Origin: Monocercomonoides exilis PA203
Taxonomy: Eukaryota; Protista; Preaxostyla
Direction of reading: 5' to 3'
Length of the DNA stretch: 64,000 nt
NCBI GenBank assembly: GCA_001643675.2
Contig: LSRY02000011.1
Span: forward strand, 1,364,001 to 1,428,000
The position numbers were made by a program, and so were the translations under genes. The notes under the pieces were generated by a model. It worked only from the letters and a program-made list of their open reading frames with translations, ran no database searches and was not told the origin of the DNA. Below are positions 22,295-35,690 of the stretch, one piece after another. The number at the start of each line of letters is the position of its first letter. The first letter of the stretch is position 1.

Positions 22295-24548
22295 GAGTCA
22301 TCTTTTTATTGGCACTTTTTTCTTCATTGGCACTTTTTTTTAAAATAAAAATTAATCTGACCCACAAAACGATATTTTGAAATATATTTTTGGTATACGT
22401 ACAAATGTGAAATATTCTTCTATTTTTATTATGAAAGAAATCCAATTTCTCATAGTGGTGAAATGCGGGGGTTCAAGTCCTTCCATTGAGCTTTCATGAG
22501 AAATTGGAAGGAAGAAAGGTTTGCAAATTTTTCTTATTTAATAAATATATTTCACATTAATGGAATTTCATTCAAAGAAAATTAATAAATAAAAAAATAT
22601 ATTAATGAGCATCACCTGTTATATATTTGTCAAAAATTTTTGAAAAGTTCCTTTTGTTTAATTTTCAAATATATTAAGAATAACATATTATCATCAAATT
22701 TCTGTTTTCTCTTACGAAACTTTTCTTGAATGGAAATAATAACATTGTTAAGATTTTATTTTCATGACAGCGAAATTTGGTTAGTGGGAACATAAAATAG
22801 ATGAAAAAATATAATATTAATTTTTTTTGAAAATTAAACAAAAGGAACTTTTCAAAAAAAATTTAGACATATATGAAATTACTTGTTAAAAAGAAAGCTG
22901 AAGCGGAGCAGAAGTGGCTGAAGTTAGCAATGTCTTCATTGCATTACAGAAAATATAGTTCAAGATTAGAAAGGATCGCACACATTGTGAATGATAATGT
23001 TGTCAGGCTGGTCGACGGGGTTAAATATGGTGGAAATAGCAAAAAATCTTTGGAGCACGCTGTTAAAGCAATAAAATACGGCAAGCCTATTGCAAAAGTT
23101 GGACACCCGCCAATTATCAGTTGAGAAAAAAAAAAGCAGTTCTTTGAAGAAGTTACAATTGAATCCAGATCTGGGACAAGCCTCTCTTTACGAAAAGCGA
23201 GTGATCTGGTTTGTAATTGATATTTGAATTGTATATTAATTGGTATTAAGATGGAAAATATAATCAACGATAGTGAAGAAGAAGGAGAAAAATAAGAAAA
23301 GAAGAAAAAGACAGTCACTCTGAAGATGGTTCACACATTCATAAAGCGCCATCCGGAATTGAAGTCATCGCTTCCAAAGCAAGCAGACATAAACTGACAA
23401 ACAGCATCTTGTCAGAAAGTCCTGAAGCCGTGGTACACCGAATCACAAGCATTACACGATGAAAACAAATATCCAGAGGAATTAATCTTCAATATTGATG
23501 AATCTTCGCTTCGCATATTAACTTCTTCACGAGGTGTTGTTGTTCATCCCGCAAATGAACAAGCTGGATTCAAAAAAACTGCCGAAAGGATGCCGAATGT
23601 CACTCTCGAGGCTGGAATCTCTGCTAATGACTTCTCTCTTCCGTCTGTCATGATGTGGCCGAGCGCAACTTTTCCGAAAGAACTGACAACACTGTTAACA
23701 CCGTAGCTTGACATTTAGCCAAACACAAACGGCTGGATGGATAAAACATCATCCCCAAAATACACCCTAACAGTGATGCTGCCAGTTATCATTGACAGAA
23801 GAAAGCGAATTCAAAAAGAATCTCATCACCGCCTTCTTCTCCTGGACTCACACTCATTTCGAGCAGATCTTGCGATATGGAGACAGTTCAAGGAAGCTGA
23901 AATTGATGTCGTCACCTTCGTTCCACTTGCCTCACACATATCTCAGCCGCTGTGCAGTGCGTATTTGCAGTGTTGAAGTCGGAACTTTCAAAAAATAACA
24001 GCTCCTCAACATTAACCTCCTCATCTTCAAAAAGAACAGCCGTTGCAGTTTTGTTTCCACAAGCCCTTCACACCGCATTCACCAATTCAGTCATCAAAAA
24101 GCCTTCATCAACAGTGGAGTCCTCAGCAATGGATCTGGATCTGTGTTGATGAAACTTTCTCGGTCTTCTCAATACTTCATTCCTTCTCATTCTCATTGTT
24201 TCGACTTCTTCGGAAAAGAAATTACAAAAGAAAAGCTTCTTGATGAATGGGATGAATATAATGAAAAACACAAGATGAAAATTGAAGAAACTGAAGAAAA
24301 AGAAAAGGAAATTGAAGAAGAAGAATTGCCTTAGGAGAAAAAAGTGAAAAGGAAATTCAGAAAAATTAAGAATGATGACAATGAAACAAGTGATGAATTT
24401 GACCCCTTTGAACGTGAAAATGGAAAAAGATAAGTCAGAAGCGTAGTTGATTCGAGTTTTGTATTTTTTTATTGTGTTTTTAATTTTTTTTCATTTCAAA
24501 AAATTTTGGTGCCAATAAAGAAAAAAGTGCTAAATAAAATGATGACAC
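22295..24548 (+). mobile_element. Decayed pogo/Fot1-like (Tc1/mariner superfamily) DNA transposon with ~40-bp imperfect TIRs
   Basis: Left end GAGTCATCTTTTTATTGGCACTTTTTTCTTCATTGGCAC versus right end (revcomp) GTGTCATCATTTTATTTAGCACTTTTTTCTTTATTGGCAC. The right end is followed by TA. Confidence 0.85.
22873..24432 (+). pseudogene. pogo-like DDE transposase pseudogene (stops and frameshifts)
   Basis: Fragments read WFTHS/FIKRHPELKS, LIFNIDESS, NGWMD, RLLLLDSHS, SHISQPL, which are the DDE_1-family motifs. Confidence 0.85.
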
Positions 24549-24915
24549 TATTGCAAATTAAGTGACCAATTTCAGCTCAAACGACATTATTTTTAAAAAA
24601 AAATCATTTTGAATGGGTTTTATATGAAAAATTTGGTAAGTTTAAGAGATTCATTATTGTCATGGTGTTGATGAAACATAAAATAATTGTTTACTGCTTG
24701 AACAATCGTTAATTTTAAAATCGAGAGAAAATTTTCCACACATATTTGTTTCCTTTCCTTTTTCACTTTTTTGTTTAATTTGATTCGACAATATTAAAAA
24801 TATGCACGTTTTAAATCATTTAAAGTGCAATTGGAATCATTCAGTTTTCATTATTTTATTTATAAAAGAAAAAAAATTTTGAGACATGAAAATTAAAAAA
24901 ACATAAAGAAGAAAA

Positions 24916-27900
24916 TGCATATGCTAAACATGTGTTACTTTGTGACCATTGACATCTGAAATTGGTTTCCTGACGGACATCGTGACAAAAGTTACGTCAT
25001 AACTTTTATTTCAATACAAACAATTTTTAAAAAAATATTTTATATAATTCTTGTTCAAATTATCTAAGAAAAAAAAATAAATAAAAAAACAGTTTGAAAA
25101 AAAGGATACTGACAAAAAATCAAAATCGGAATTTCTTGATCGTCAAGACGTCAGTCAGGTCAGTGACAGTCAGTGGCTGTTATTAATTAAAAATGTTGAA
25201 ATCTCAATTTTTATATTTATCAAAATAAATTGCAAATAGTATTCTCGTTAAAAACGAATATTTCACAATGGAATTGGATGGTTAAATTCATCCCCAATAA
25301 TAAATTACAATTAAATTTAAAACTTTCAATAAGAAAAAGAATAATAGTTCTCACTTGTTATTGACTTGAAATTATCGACAATGAAGATGAAAAGATGTTT
25401 TTGGTTATTGAAAAATGAAGAAAATGAATGCTGAAGTTTATATGTTGAAGGTTTATTTAGGTATTCCATAAAAATTATTTTTTCAAAATGTTTTCTCTGT
25501 CAAACGCTTAATTCGAAAAGAAAAGAAGAAAATTTCAGAGTGCTATAAAAAACAAATTATTATCCTCATTTTGAATCACTTTTCCTTGAATGTCAAATTC
25601 ATGGTTTTCCATCTTTTTCAAATACTTTTGTTTCTTTTTTGTGTTTCTTGATAGGGTGTGTGACTTAAGCAATATCTCGATGAAAAAAAAGAAATCATCA
25701 AACATTATAATTGGCAACATGGAAAATTGACACAACTTGCGAATTAGATTGCTTGGCAACTTTTGACAGAAAAACGACGTATTGACAAAGTGTTGGAAAG
25801 AGTAATTATGAACGAGTTGCATTTTATGAAGGAAACTGTTAGAGAAATTGAAGAATCTATTTCTATGTTGATTGAAAAAGAAAAGAAGAAGAGGTAACAG
25901 GAAAAGAAACAAAAGAAGGAATTGTTTTATTGAAATGGCTTCAAATGTTGAAGGTTTATTTTTTGATTGCCAATGGAAGAATGAAGAATTAATTGGATTA
26001 TTATTAACATTGTCAAGATAATTTCGAGCAACAAAGGAGAATCACAGAGAAAATTGCAATAAATGCACTTATTTTATAAGAATAATTACAAAGAGCTCAG
26101 CTGCAAAAGCTGATCACTTATTGGAAAGTGCATATGTTGACTCCATTTTGAAAAAGATTTTGCAATCAATATTGAACAACGAAATCGTAATTAATTGATT
26201 GGAATTCTTCTTTTATCATTCAAAATTGAAATAAAAAGCGGAAGATAAAATGGAAGATGATTAAAGAAAAGTGTTGAAAAGGAAATCGCTTGAAAAGATT
26301 TAAGAAGAATGATATGAACACATTATATCGAACTCTCACGTTTGAAAGAATAATGGAAAAAGTGATTCATGTTTTCATAATTTATCGTTAATTATTTTAT
26401 TCAATATTGTGAATGTCAAACCAAGTTTCTTGCAATTGATTTTGATCAAAAATTTTCCTCTTTCTTTTTTGTCATTTCACAAAATCGAAAACAAACAATC
26501 ATTTTTTAGTTTTTCATATTTATTTTTTCTCTTTAAAATAAAGTGAAGCTTAAAAAAGTTTCATTTAAATTGCGTAATTGTTTTCCAACACTTTCATCTT
26601 TATGCCCTTCTTTTCCTTGCATCACTCCTCCAATCAATTCAACTTCCCATCCCTTCTTCGTATTTATTTCATCACCGGACATCTGTGCTTCCTTCCCTAA
26701 GCTGAAAAATCCTCCACTTGCATCATTCTCCCATTTCACCATCGTTGCATCAGTCTTGTTGTTCATTCATTTACAAGGTTTCTACCGAGCTTTGCCCAAG
26801 CTCCACATCTTTCCCCACTCCATCTGCAATTCCATCTGAAGCTATACTCAAAGACCCATCTGCTGCTTCTTCTTCTGCTCTTGAAATCTCCTGTTGAATG
26901 CCATAGGCGACAAAGAACTGCACACTTCAGATTTCACCGAATGCTGCTTGTCTGCCTCTGTGTGTGTCTTCACCTTCATAAACCTCAGCCTTCCCAGTCA
27001 AAGTTCCTTCACAATCAGAGGTGCCATCGCTTCTTCCAGCTTCCTCTGATTCTCTTTGATTCTCTCCACAAACTCTCTGTGCGCTGTCGGACACCCGCCT
27101 TTCTCCTCATTCCCATCACCTCCCTCTCTCCCTCCATCTTCTTCTCCCTTGTCTTTTCCCTCTTTTCTCCCTCTTTGTCTCCCATTTCTCCTTCCTCCTC
27201 CTCTTCCAACTCCTCCTGCACCTACAGCGCAATCGCTGCTGGTGACAGAACCACATCCTCCATCCTCAGCCCCGCATCATCCAACCCTTTCTCCACAATC
27301 CCCCCCACTTCACACACTGCAATCCCTCGCCCCATCACTTCGTCGTCCAGCTTCACCATCAAATATTTCACTGAGACGATAAAGAAATTTGCACTGGTGA
27401 ATCAAGCAGATTGGTAAGCCAACAAGAATGAATTCATGTCCTCTGCCTAAAAGATCCGCTTGATTCTTCGACTTCGTTCACACTGATGCATCCATCGCCA
27501 GAAGCAGAAATAGTTCTTGAGAAGAGAGCATCACAAAACGCCCTTTATCATTCTCCAGCGCAAAACCTCTTCATAGTGGAACTTTATAAACAATGATCGT
27601 ATTTTTGCAGCCTCATTAGTTCAGCAGCTTTGTTTAAAATCATATATTCAGTCATCATTCGATGTTGTCTTTATCCGCTGCCTCTGATGAATGTGAAAAC
27701 AACAGGAGATGGATCCACCGAATCGATGACAAGTGTAAATGGTGATAATGTTGATATCGATGACTGCTCGAGAGCCGTAAACGTGGCTGACTTCTTTTCT
27801 TCTTTTCTTTACCATCTGAATTGTGAAATAGAGTTCAGTTCAACTGTTGAAAACCAATGTTGGCAGATGAGACAGAAGATTAAGACGAAGAGAGAAGAGG

Positions 27901-28649
27901 AGAAAACAGTGCAGTGCAGGCAACAAGATTTTATTATGAAATGGGCCCTGACATGAGGCTGCAGCTTTATAGGCGATTCAAACAATCATCCGAATTCCAA
28001 TCATAACAGTTGTCAAGTTAGATAACTCACTATTTTTGAGTAAAAAGAAAAGATGAAGGAGACATCATTTCAAAGTTGTTTCCTCATTTGAGATGTAAAA
28101 ATAAGTGAATTATAGAATTGATTTGCAATTGAGGATTGTGAAGGACAATGCAAACAAAAAAGCAACAAAAGTCCAAGGTTTGCAAAATACTCATCTTAAA
28201 AATACAAGATATAGAAATAATGGAACATATTCGTTCGAATTGCATTGTCAACACATATAATTGAAAAAAATGAATAAACTTTTTTTAAACTTCAATCGGT
28301 GTTTTGTCACGAACCATTCAAGAATATATTGATCCTCATAAAACTTTATTGGAAAAAAATGCGAAAACATCTCAATACATCCATTAATAAATTTCAAATC
28401 AAGTTATCATTTATTTCGCTAACTTTAAAAATATAATGGTTCACATAATTTTTTCAAATATAAAGAACATTAATTATTTTACAGGAAAATAAAAATTCAT
28501 AAATAAAAAAATGTGTTTAAAGAAAAAATTACAAAAAAAATCATTTTTAAACGGAGTCAAATAAAAATTACATTCACTGACGTGACTAATTAATGACTGA
28601 CGGACGTGTCGTTCATAAAAATTTATGTAACACATGTTTAGCATATGCA
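24916..28649. repeat. 23-bp perfect inverted repeat pair (24916-24938 / 28627-28649) with internal TGAC/GTCA motif clusters; possible old non-autonomous element
   Basis: TGCATATGCTAAACATGTGTTAC versus GTAACACATGTTTAGCATATGCA; AAAACATAAA also matches further out. Confidence 0.55.
26760..27950 (-). pseudogene. Decayed gene fragment of unknown family
   Basis: GC-elevated block with coding-like runs (FTSANFFIVSVKYLMVKLDDEVMG...EELEEEEEGE) interrupted by stops. Confidence 0.3.
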
Positions 28650-31600
28650 CATCATTTATGTTTTAAACCGAAAAAAAAATTATCATAAACATTTGGGGCA
28701 AAATTTTTTCATTTATGAAAAAAACCATGTTTTGTTCCAAACTTATTCTGCAATTATATCACAATGTGTATAACATTATTAAACAAAAAGAGAAATTGAG
28801 AGCTGTTCCATAATATATATATTTTTTGAGTTTTGTGAACAAATGCTGTTTTTGTGGAAATATCCGGAGAATATCGTGGAAAGTTTGACTTTGATTATTG
28901 ATTTAATTAAAAAATATAATGAATAGGTATAGAACTTATATATAATTGCCAATACTGCTTATGAAGATATGATATTATTCGAGATAATATGTGCATTATA
29001 GCTGTTTTTGAAAAAGAAATAGTTTCTCATTCAAAAAGAAAATTGAATTTGAAGAAGATTTTGAAGAAGAAATGGGAATTGAATTGTTCAAATAGAGAAA
29101 AGAAGAAGAATATGTTTTTTGAGCATCTCTGTTACAGAATCATCTTCATAATGTTTTGTTATACATGCAGCAAACACTTCGAAAAGTGTTGAGGTGCGTC
29201 GGAGACAACAGCGGACTGAAGATTGAAACAGTGAGGATATTCATTCGATGACCATTGTTAGCCCTTTTGCACACTTTCTTCATAAGATTTATACCTGGAG
29301 ATGTGACGCCTTTCAGCATGTGGAAGCTTCAATCAAAATGAAGAAAGGTCTCTTTTCAAACATCTCTCATTGCTTGGTATTTTACTCTTTTTTCAATAAT
29401 TTTTATAATGCCTCAAACCTTGGATTAACATTAGGAGAGTCTGGAAGAGAGGCTTCTCTATCAGTTGCCTGTTTGATTGCTGCTCTTCAGTCTCAGTCCA
29501 AAAATAAGTGAAATTCCGAGCTCCACAAAGCTTCAAGCTTTTATCGATGAGGAAAAGCGACACTTGGTTATGTGATGAATCAAAAGGCAGATATCTTGGA
29601 GATGGTGTATTTTGCATTTCACCTGGTGAATGAGCGAGCTATGTTGCAAGCGTGGAAAAACTAAGAGATACTCTTGCTAATTCTGAAGGCAAAGTGAGCA
29701 CAACGGAATAGACTCAGGAATGAAAAAGACGGACAAAAAGGAGACAAACACATTCACAACAGCATGAATTTTTTGATCACATTTTTGATCCAGTCATGAA
29801 GATCAAGATCACAAATGTGGTTGCCTCTTCGCTCACTACACTACCAATCTGCCAGATATTATTTGATGCAGTGCATTCTTTTCTTCTCTCAATGTTGTCA
29901 AGTGGAAAGCTCCTCTGATACGGCAAGCTGGCAGATAAAAGAAGACGAGCTACTGCTGAGCGATCTTGCATCAATAATAGATTGCTGCCTATCGCTCAAT
30001 CCATGCAAGCACATGAAAACCGAAGAGTTAGTATTCCACACGTTTTGGAATCAAATAGCGAAGCAACAGTCAACTCAGAAGAAGACTGCAATAAAGACGG
30101 CTTACGGATCAGAATATTCTTCGACCTCACGCAGTTTGTCTTCTTTTTTGTCTTATTATTATCTTCATTCTATTCCTGTTCCTCTTTTTCTTCGAATTAT
30201 GCAAATTCTTCAAATTCTTCATTATCTCGCGAGCATTCAGCTAGCAACAGACTTTGCTTCTCCTCTTCAATACCACAATCATCTTCGCTTTCTTTTTCCT
30301 CCCATTCCTTCTCCACAAAATTCTGACATTTTATTTCATTATTTCTCGAATCTTTGTCATATTGTCCATCCAATCGAATGTGTCTGGCCAATTAATGTTT
30401 ATTCTATTGTTATCACTGCAATGCTCTGTGTGGTAATAATGCAATATTAGAACACATCATATCACGACTCTGATATGAAGAAATGGATAATTTTCACGTT
30501 GGAAGTGAAAAGGCGCCTCAAACAAACAGTTGGAGAAAGAAACAGAACTGTTAATGAAACGAACGCTTGTGATGAAAGTATTGTTGATTGCAACAGAAAG
30601 AGAACAAAAGATAAAATCAAAAAGGTTAACAACACATATCCGGGTCTTCATTGTTCATCTTCAATTATCTCTCTAACCACTTGCTGAAGAGGCGTGCTTT
30701 GTGCGGCTTAACTGGAAAAGGCCAACCTATTAACGATAGCTGGATTTGATGTATCAAATCTTCTATCTACCCTGAACAAATTCCATTTGATTGGAGAGCT
30801 GAAGTTGTTCAACAGGAAGAGAATGAGGATTATCTTGTTCCTTTCTTTTCGAAAGAATAACAAAAATAGGAGATTATCGTTCGCAGCAGTTTGTGCAGAA
30901 GATCTTTCCATGTAATAGAGCATCGCAGTTGTTCATCGCTTCAATAACACTGTTCAAACTTTTTCATTTTTTATTTTCCAAAAATCAAATCTGAATCTGA
31001 ATGTTTTCAAATATTGGATAATTGTTTAAAATTTTGAATGTGCTTTTCGATAGATTTTGATTGTGAATTATTTGTTTATCGATTTCATTCTTTAATGAGT
31101 GAATAAGTGTTGTTTTCTAAATATTGCACATTTTGTTTCAAACTTTTCACATTGACATTTATGAATAAATAACTGTATTGAATGAGGAAATAAAAATTAC
31201 TTAAGCATAAAAATAAGTGAAAGAGAATTCAGTTTTCAAAGACAAATGAGGCGAAAAGACAATATTTCTTTGAATAAAAAAGTGATATTTAAATTCAAAA
31301 AAAAATACAGAAAATTTTTCAACATTAATGAACAAAAAACATTTGTCTATTGCTGCTGCATGCAATGGTTCAATCCGACATAATTATCATGTTCTTTTTC
31401 TATCTTTTCACATTACTTCATTTTTGTTGCCTTTGAAAAAGCTTCATTGTTTCACAGTCTTATTACTTGTGTTTCCTTTAACTCATCTTGAAGTTATCAA
31501 ACAGGACCTAAACAATCCGACTCAGTTCCATTCCCCTATTTTGTTCATATCAATTTATCTGAACGCAGATCGAAAAAATCTTCTTTTGCCAATGCTTCAA

Positions 31601-32882
31601 TTCCTCCATTTTCCCATTCTTCCAGTTCAAATCTTGAATTTCTCACGAAATGAATCCCCACACAATCACTTATTCCAATTCTTCATCGTTGAATTAGTTT
31701 CTAATCAAAAACCATAAAGAAGACTGATTCGTAAGTTTTGACGTTGTTTAAAATCTAATTATATACACTGATATCTTATTTATCATCCATGGAAAGTTCT
31801 TGTACATTTTTCAATTTTTGAATAAACATAAACAATAAAACACTCATGTCTTGCAAAACAAAAAATCACACATCTAATTGTTAAATGCTATACAACCCAA
31901 GTCAAGTTATTAACTCTTCTTCCGAAGCTTCAAAATGTTTCTCCTTGTTCATAATTGCTCCTTTTTAAAGATTGGCAGATAGAAAATGATTATTCAGTAA
32001 TATTTCAGAAAAATGAAAAAAAAACCCATTCGAATTTGTCTATGAGATAAATTGTAATATTTTATTTGTTCCTCTCAAATTTTTCTTCTTGATTCATCAG
32101 TTACGGTGTCTTATCAATAAATTTCATTCTTTTTCATTTTGCCCTTAATTTATCCTTTTCACTACCATAACAAAAGAAAAAAGATCTATTAAAATGAACT
32201 GCTATTCTGACACTCCACGTTCGACAAAAAGTCGACATGCATCTCAAATAGATGAATATCTGTTTGAGCTATCTCCAAAGGACCCAAAAGGGTGCTTATT
32301 ATCTTTCTTGTTTCACAGCAAAAAAGGAAAACCCTTTCTTTCAGTGCTCGAGGCTCATTTTGATGGTTTGTCCTTTCTTTATTAAAACAAATATCTAATT
32401 TGCTTTGTGATGTTTTCATGTCTATTTTGTAAAAATTTTATTTTTATAATTGCATTTGGGGATGCGATTCTCTCTTTGGTGTTGTTTTTTCTTTGATTCT
32501 TTTTGTTGCTATTTTTTTAATGTGAAAACTTTTTGAGAAATTTAACGTTGATTAATCAGTAATAATTTTCATTATTTATTTCTTGTTATATATCATCTTG
32601 ATTATTATTTTTTTCATTTATTATTACACATTTTATTTTGTTGTCATATGAAAGTTATAAATGAAAATGACCTTTCCAAATTTGTTTGCTTTTTGAAGAA
32701 CACTTCTTGAATGTTGTTTGATGAAATGTTGTTAATGTTACCATTTTTTTTTTTGAAAAATGATCATTTCTTTTTTCAAAGATAGCACCCCAATGCAATT
32801 ATAAGAAAAAATTTACAAAATTCACATAAAAAAACTTCACTAAAAAGATAAACTTAACAAAATCATAACAAACTTATCTCGA

Positions 32883-35196
32883 TTGTACGATACACTTCAG
32901 AGAAACGACAAGGTTTCTCTTCTATCCTCGGTTTCTTCTGAGATTTCTTTAAAAGATCTCAGAAGATTTGGCTGGGACGTATCCAATGGAGAATATTACT
33001 ACTCCAGAGAAAAGCAATCTAAAAACCAGAACGAAAAAAATTCAGAAACAAACAAAATGACCCGAGCAATGAAATGTTTGATATTAATAATTAAACTTTA
33101 TTTATGTTCAATTTTTAATAGCAAACGAGCAGTTTCATAAAGCCGAAAACTGGCTCTTGAAAAATAGTTCTGCCAGTTGTTCCAATGGAAGACGATTAAA
33201 AAAGAGTTTGTATCAAACATTCCAATTTTAAAGCTTTATTCGAATGAAATGTTGATGAATTGAATAATAATTACACTTTTCTATCAAGGAAAAAGTGAAA
33301 TGCGCACAAATTCCATCTTTTCTTCGGCTGGTCCTTTGCCTCCGGAAAACGAAGGAGATGATGTAATGCAACGATCTAATGTCGAAGCATGCTCGTCCAT
33401 CGATGGATGTACATCATCGGAGTATGGATCTTCAATTGAAACATCAAACGTTTCAACAAAACACCCAGATGATAAGGGAAAAAAGCAAGAATTGAAAAAA
33501 ACAAAAGATGAAGAAAAAGAAGATAAAAAAAATAAAGAAGATAAAAATGAAAATAATACACACAAAATAAATAATTCAAGAAAACAAACAAATCAAATTT
33601 CGAGAGTAAATTTGATTGACAAGGCTTCCAATGTGCTTATCGAAGAAAATTGTTCAGAATCTGAAATGGAGGAATGCGAAAGAGAAAAAATGTTTAATGG
33701 AAACAAGACAAATTCAAATAACAAAGAAATAGAAATATCTGAAGAAGAAAATGAAAAAGAAGACAAAGAAAAAGTTGAAATAAAAATAAAAAGAAATAAT
33801 AACGGTTGTATCAATAACAGTATTTTTTCTTGTAATGAAAAAAGAATTATTGAGAAAACCAAGAAAGAATTATTTAATGAAATGAAGAAAGAAGTGGAAG
33901 TCAAAATGTCCTATTCGACATTTTGCAAGAAAACAAAAAATTTTATAAAATCAAAGAAAAGAACAGATTTGTGTGAAATCTGTGAAAGAGGAAAATATTT
34001 AGAAAAGAAAAAATTTGAAACAGAAAGAAACGGAAAAGAAATTGGCCAAAAAGAAAATGATGAATTGAATTTAATAATTCAGCATAAAAAAATGGCCCAA
34101 CATCAAAGAAATTATTTTTATGAAAAGAAAGAAAAGCTGAAAAAAGATGAAGTGATTATTATCATGGATTTTAAAGAAAATTGGAGCTTGCCAATTTCAA
34201 ATAATGAAACTGGAAAATCTTTCTTTAATAAAAAACAAATCTCTCATTTATGTTTTGTTGTTTATTATGTTGATTGTTTTGGAGCTTTACAAAAATGTTG
34301 TTTTAATTTTTTTTCAGAAATTTTATCTCATGATTATCGTTTTGTTTTGGAGTGTTTGAATAAGTTATTACGTTTCGATATTTTTTCCAATGTTTATTCT
34401 TTTCATTTTTTCTGTGATAATGGTCCTCATTTTCGGAATTCACAAATTTTTCATTCACTATTTTCTCCTAATTCTTTATTGTTTTTAAATAAACACTGCT
34501 CACTTTCATTCTTTGCCGAACATCATGGTAAGAATGATTGTGACAGTGAATTTGGTTATTTAACACAGTTAATAAACAATAATCTTGGCGATCGTATATT
34601 GAATAATGTGTACGATCTCATAGATTTTTTTTGTTCACAGTGTAATTCTTATCTTTTTGGCACTCATGATTCAAATTCTCCAATTTTTGTTTCTTCTTTT
34701 ATATCTGATATATCTAATAATTCATTAGGGCGAATGAATGAAGTTTCGGAGCCAAGCGATCAGAAAGAAAAACTGAACAGAACAAAGCATTTCTTTTTAA
34801 TGTTTGATCATTTTTTTTATTATATTTTTCAATAATTTTTATTTAACATTTTTAAAATTTGTATTCTTCTTTTTTTTCAAAAGGCATGAAGAATTACCGA
34901 ATAATCGTTGGAACAAATTAGTTATAACTGGTATGAAACAATATTTATTTTTCGAATCAAATGGTTATAATGTGCTGGCATCACCGCTGAGTTGCAATGA
35001 AAAAGAACGTATGAAAGAATTAAAATTCAAAATTGAAATGAATTTGGATGAGAAGAAAAGGAAAGTTTTCAAAAGAGAAACTGAAACAAACAATGAAATA
35101 GTTGAAAATGAAAGTTTAAATTTAAAGAAAAGGGTTAGAAACGTACTTGAAAAAAGAATAGAATTAATGAATAATTTTTCTTCATTTAATTTTTAA
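32883..35196 (+). pseudogene. Sola-like DDD transposase; core intact (33300-34801 spliced to 34884-35196), 5' exons apparently frameshifted
   Basis: Motifs KKRTDLCEIC, H...[40 protein letters not shown] intron 34802-34883 restores the frame. The upstream piece ISLKDLRRFGWDVSNGEY is homologous to exon 2 of the 54841-58760 gene, but the NEQ/ENW segment changes frame. Confidence 0.75.
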
Positions 35197-35309
35197 GAAA
35201 TACACAGAAACTGACAGGTATGCTTTTTTTTCAAAACTCTTTTGTTATTTTTATTAAATTTTCGATTTTTAAATTTTTTCTTTTTTTTTTCAATCGTTGA
35301 ATCTTGAAT

Positions 35310-35476
35310 TGTGAAAAAATTGTTTATTCTTGCTTATCCGATGAAATTTGGTTCTATCCAAATTGAGGACAAGACTGAATCCATCCTGTTGTTGCTTTAA
35401 TTGAACAATTATTGCAATAACTTGCAGGCTTTGGGTCCAGATTCAGTTTCCCAGGAGAATAAACAATTTTTTCACA
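35310..35476 (+). ncRNA. Candidate structured RNA (three-way junction with K-turn) downstream of Sola-like transposase 1
   Basis: 22-bp closing helix (35310-35331/35455-35476); UGCUUAU; hairpin CC-GAU-GA-AAUUUGG/CCAAAUU-GA-GG; ACAAGA; CUGAAUC/GAUUCAG enclosing a long hairpin; UUUCCCAG. Same architecture as 54699-54836. Confidence 0.7.
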
Positions 35477-35490
35477 TTTTTACAAGGTAT

Positions 35491-35491
<1 letters not shown>

Positions 35492-35537
<46 letters not shown>
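35492..35537 (+). repeat. Poly-T tract (~46 nt)
   Basis: Directly visible. Confidence 0.9.
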
Positions 35538-35539
<2 letters not shown>

Positions 35540-35690
35540 AAAAATTTTGGAAATTATTTGAATTCTTAAATTTGAGAAAGGATTCAAACCGGAATTATTC
35601 AGAAAAATTGTTGAATGTGGAAAAATATTCATAAATGTTGGGTGGAACAAAATTCATAAAGCTAAAAATTTTGCCCCATTTCACTATAAT

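Larger units (their letters stand above)
28695..35677 (+). mobile_element. Sola-like (probably Sola2) DNA transposon, 6983 bp, with short TIRs and a 4-bp TSD ATTT
   Basis: ATTT|GGGGCAAAATTTTTTCATTTATGAA at the left; TTCATAAAGCTAAAAATTTTGCCCC|ATTT at the right (14-bp perfect, 22/25 match, plus a TTTTGTTCCA match further in). The ends enclose a DDD transposase. Confidence 0.8.

Noticed and set aside
35682-35686. CACTA pentamer as a CACTA/EnSpm terminus
   Set aside because: No matching partner end; the GGGG/CCCC plus ATTT boundary explains the site better.
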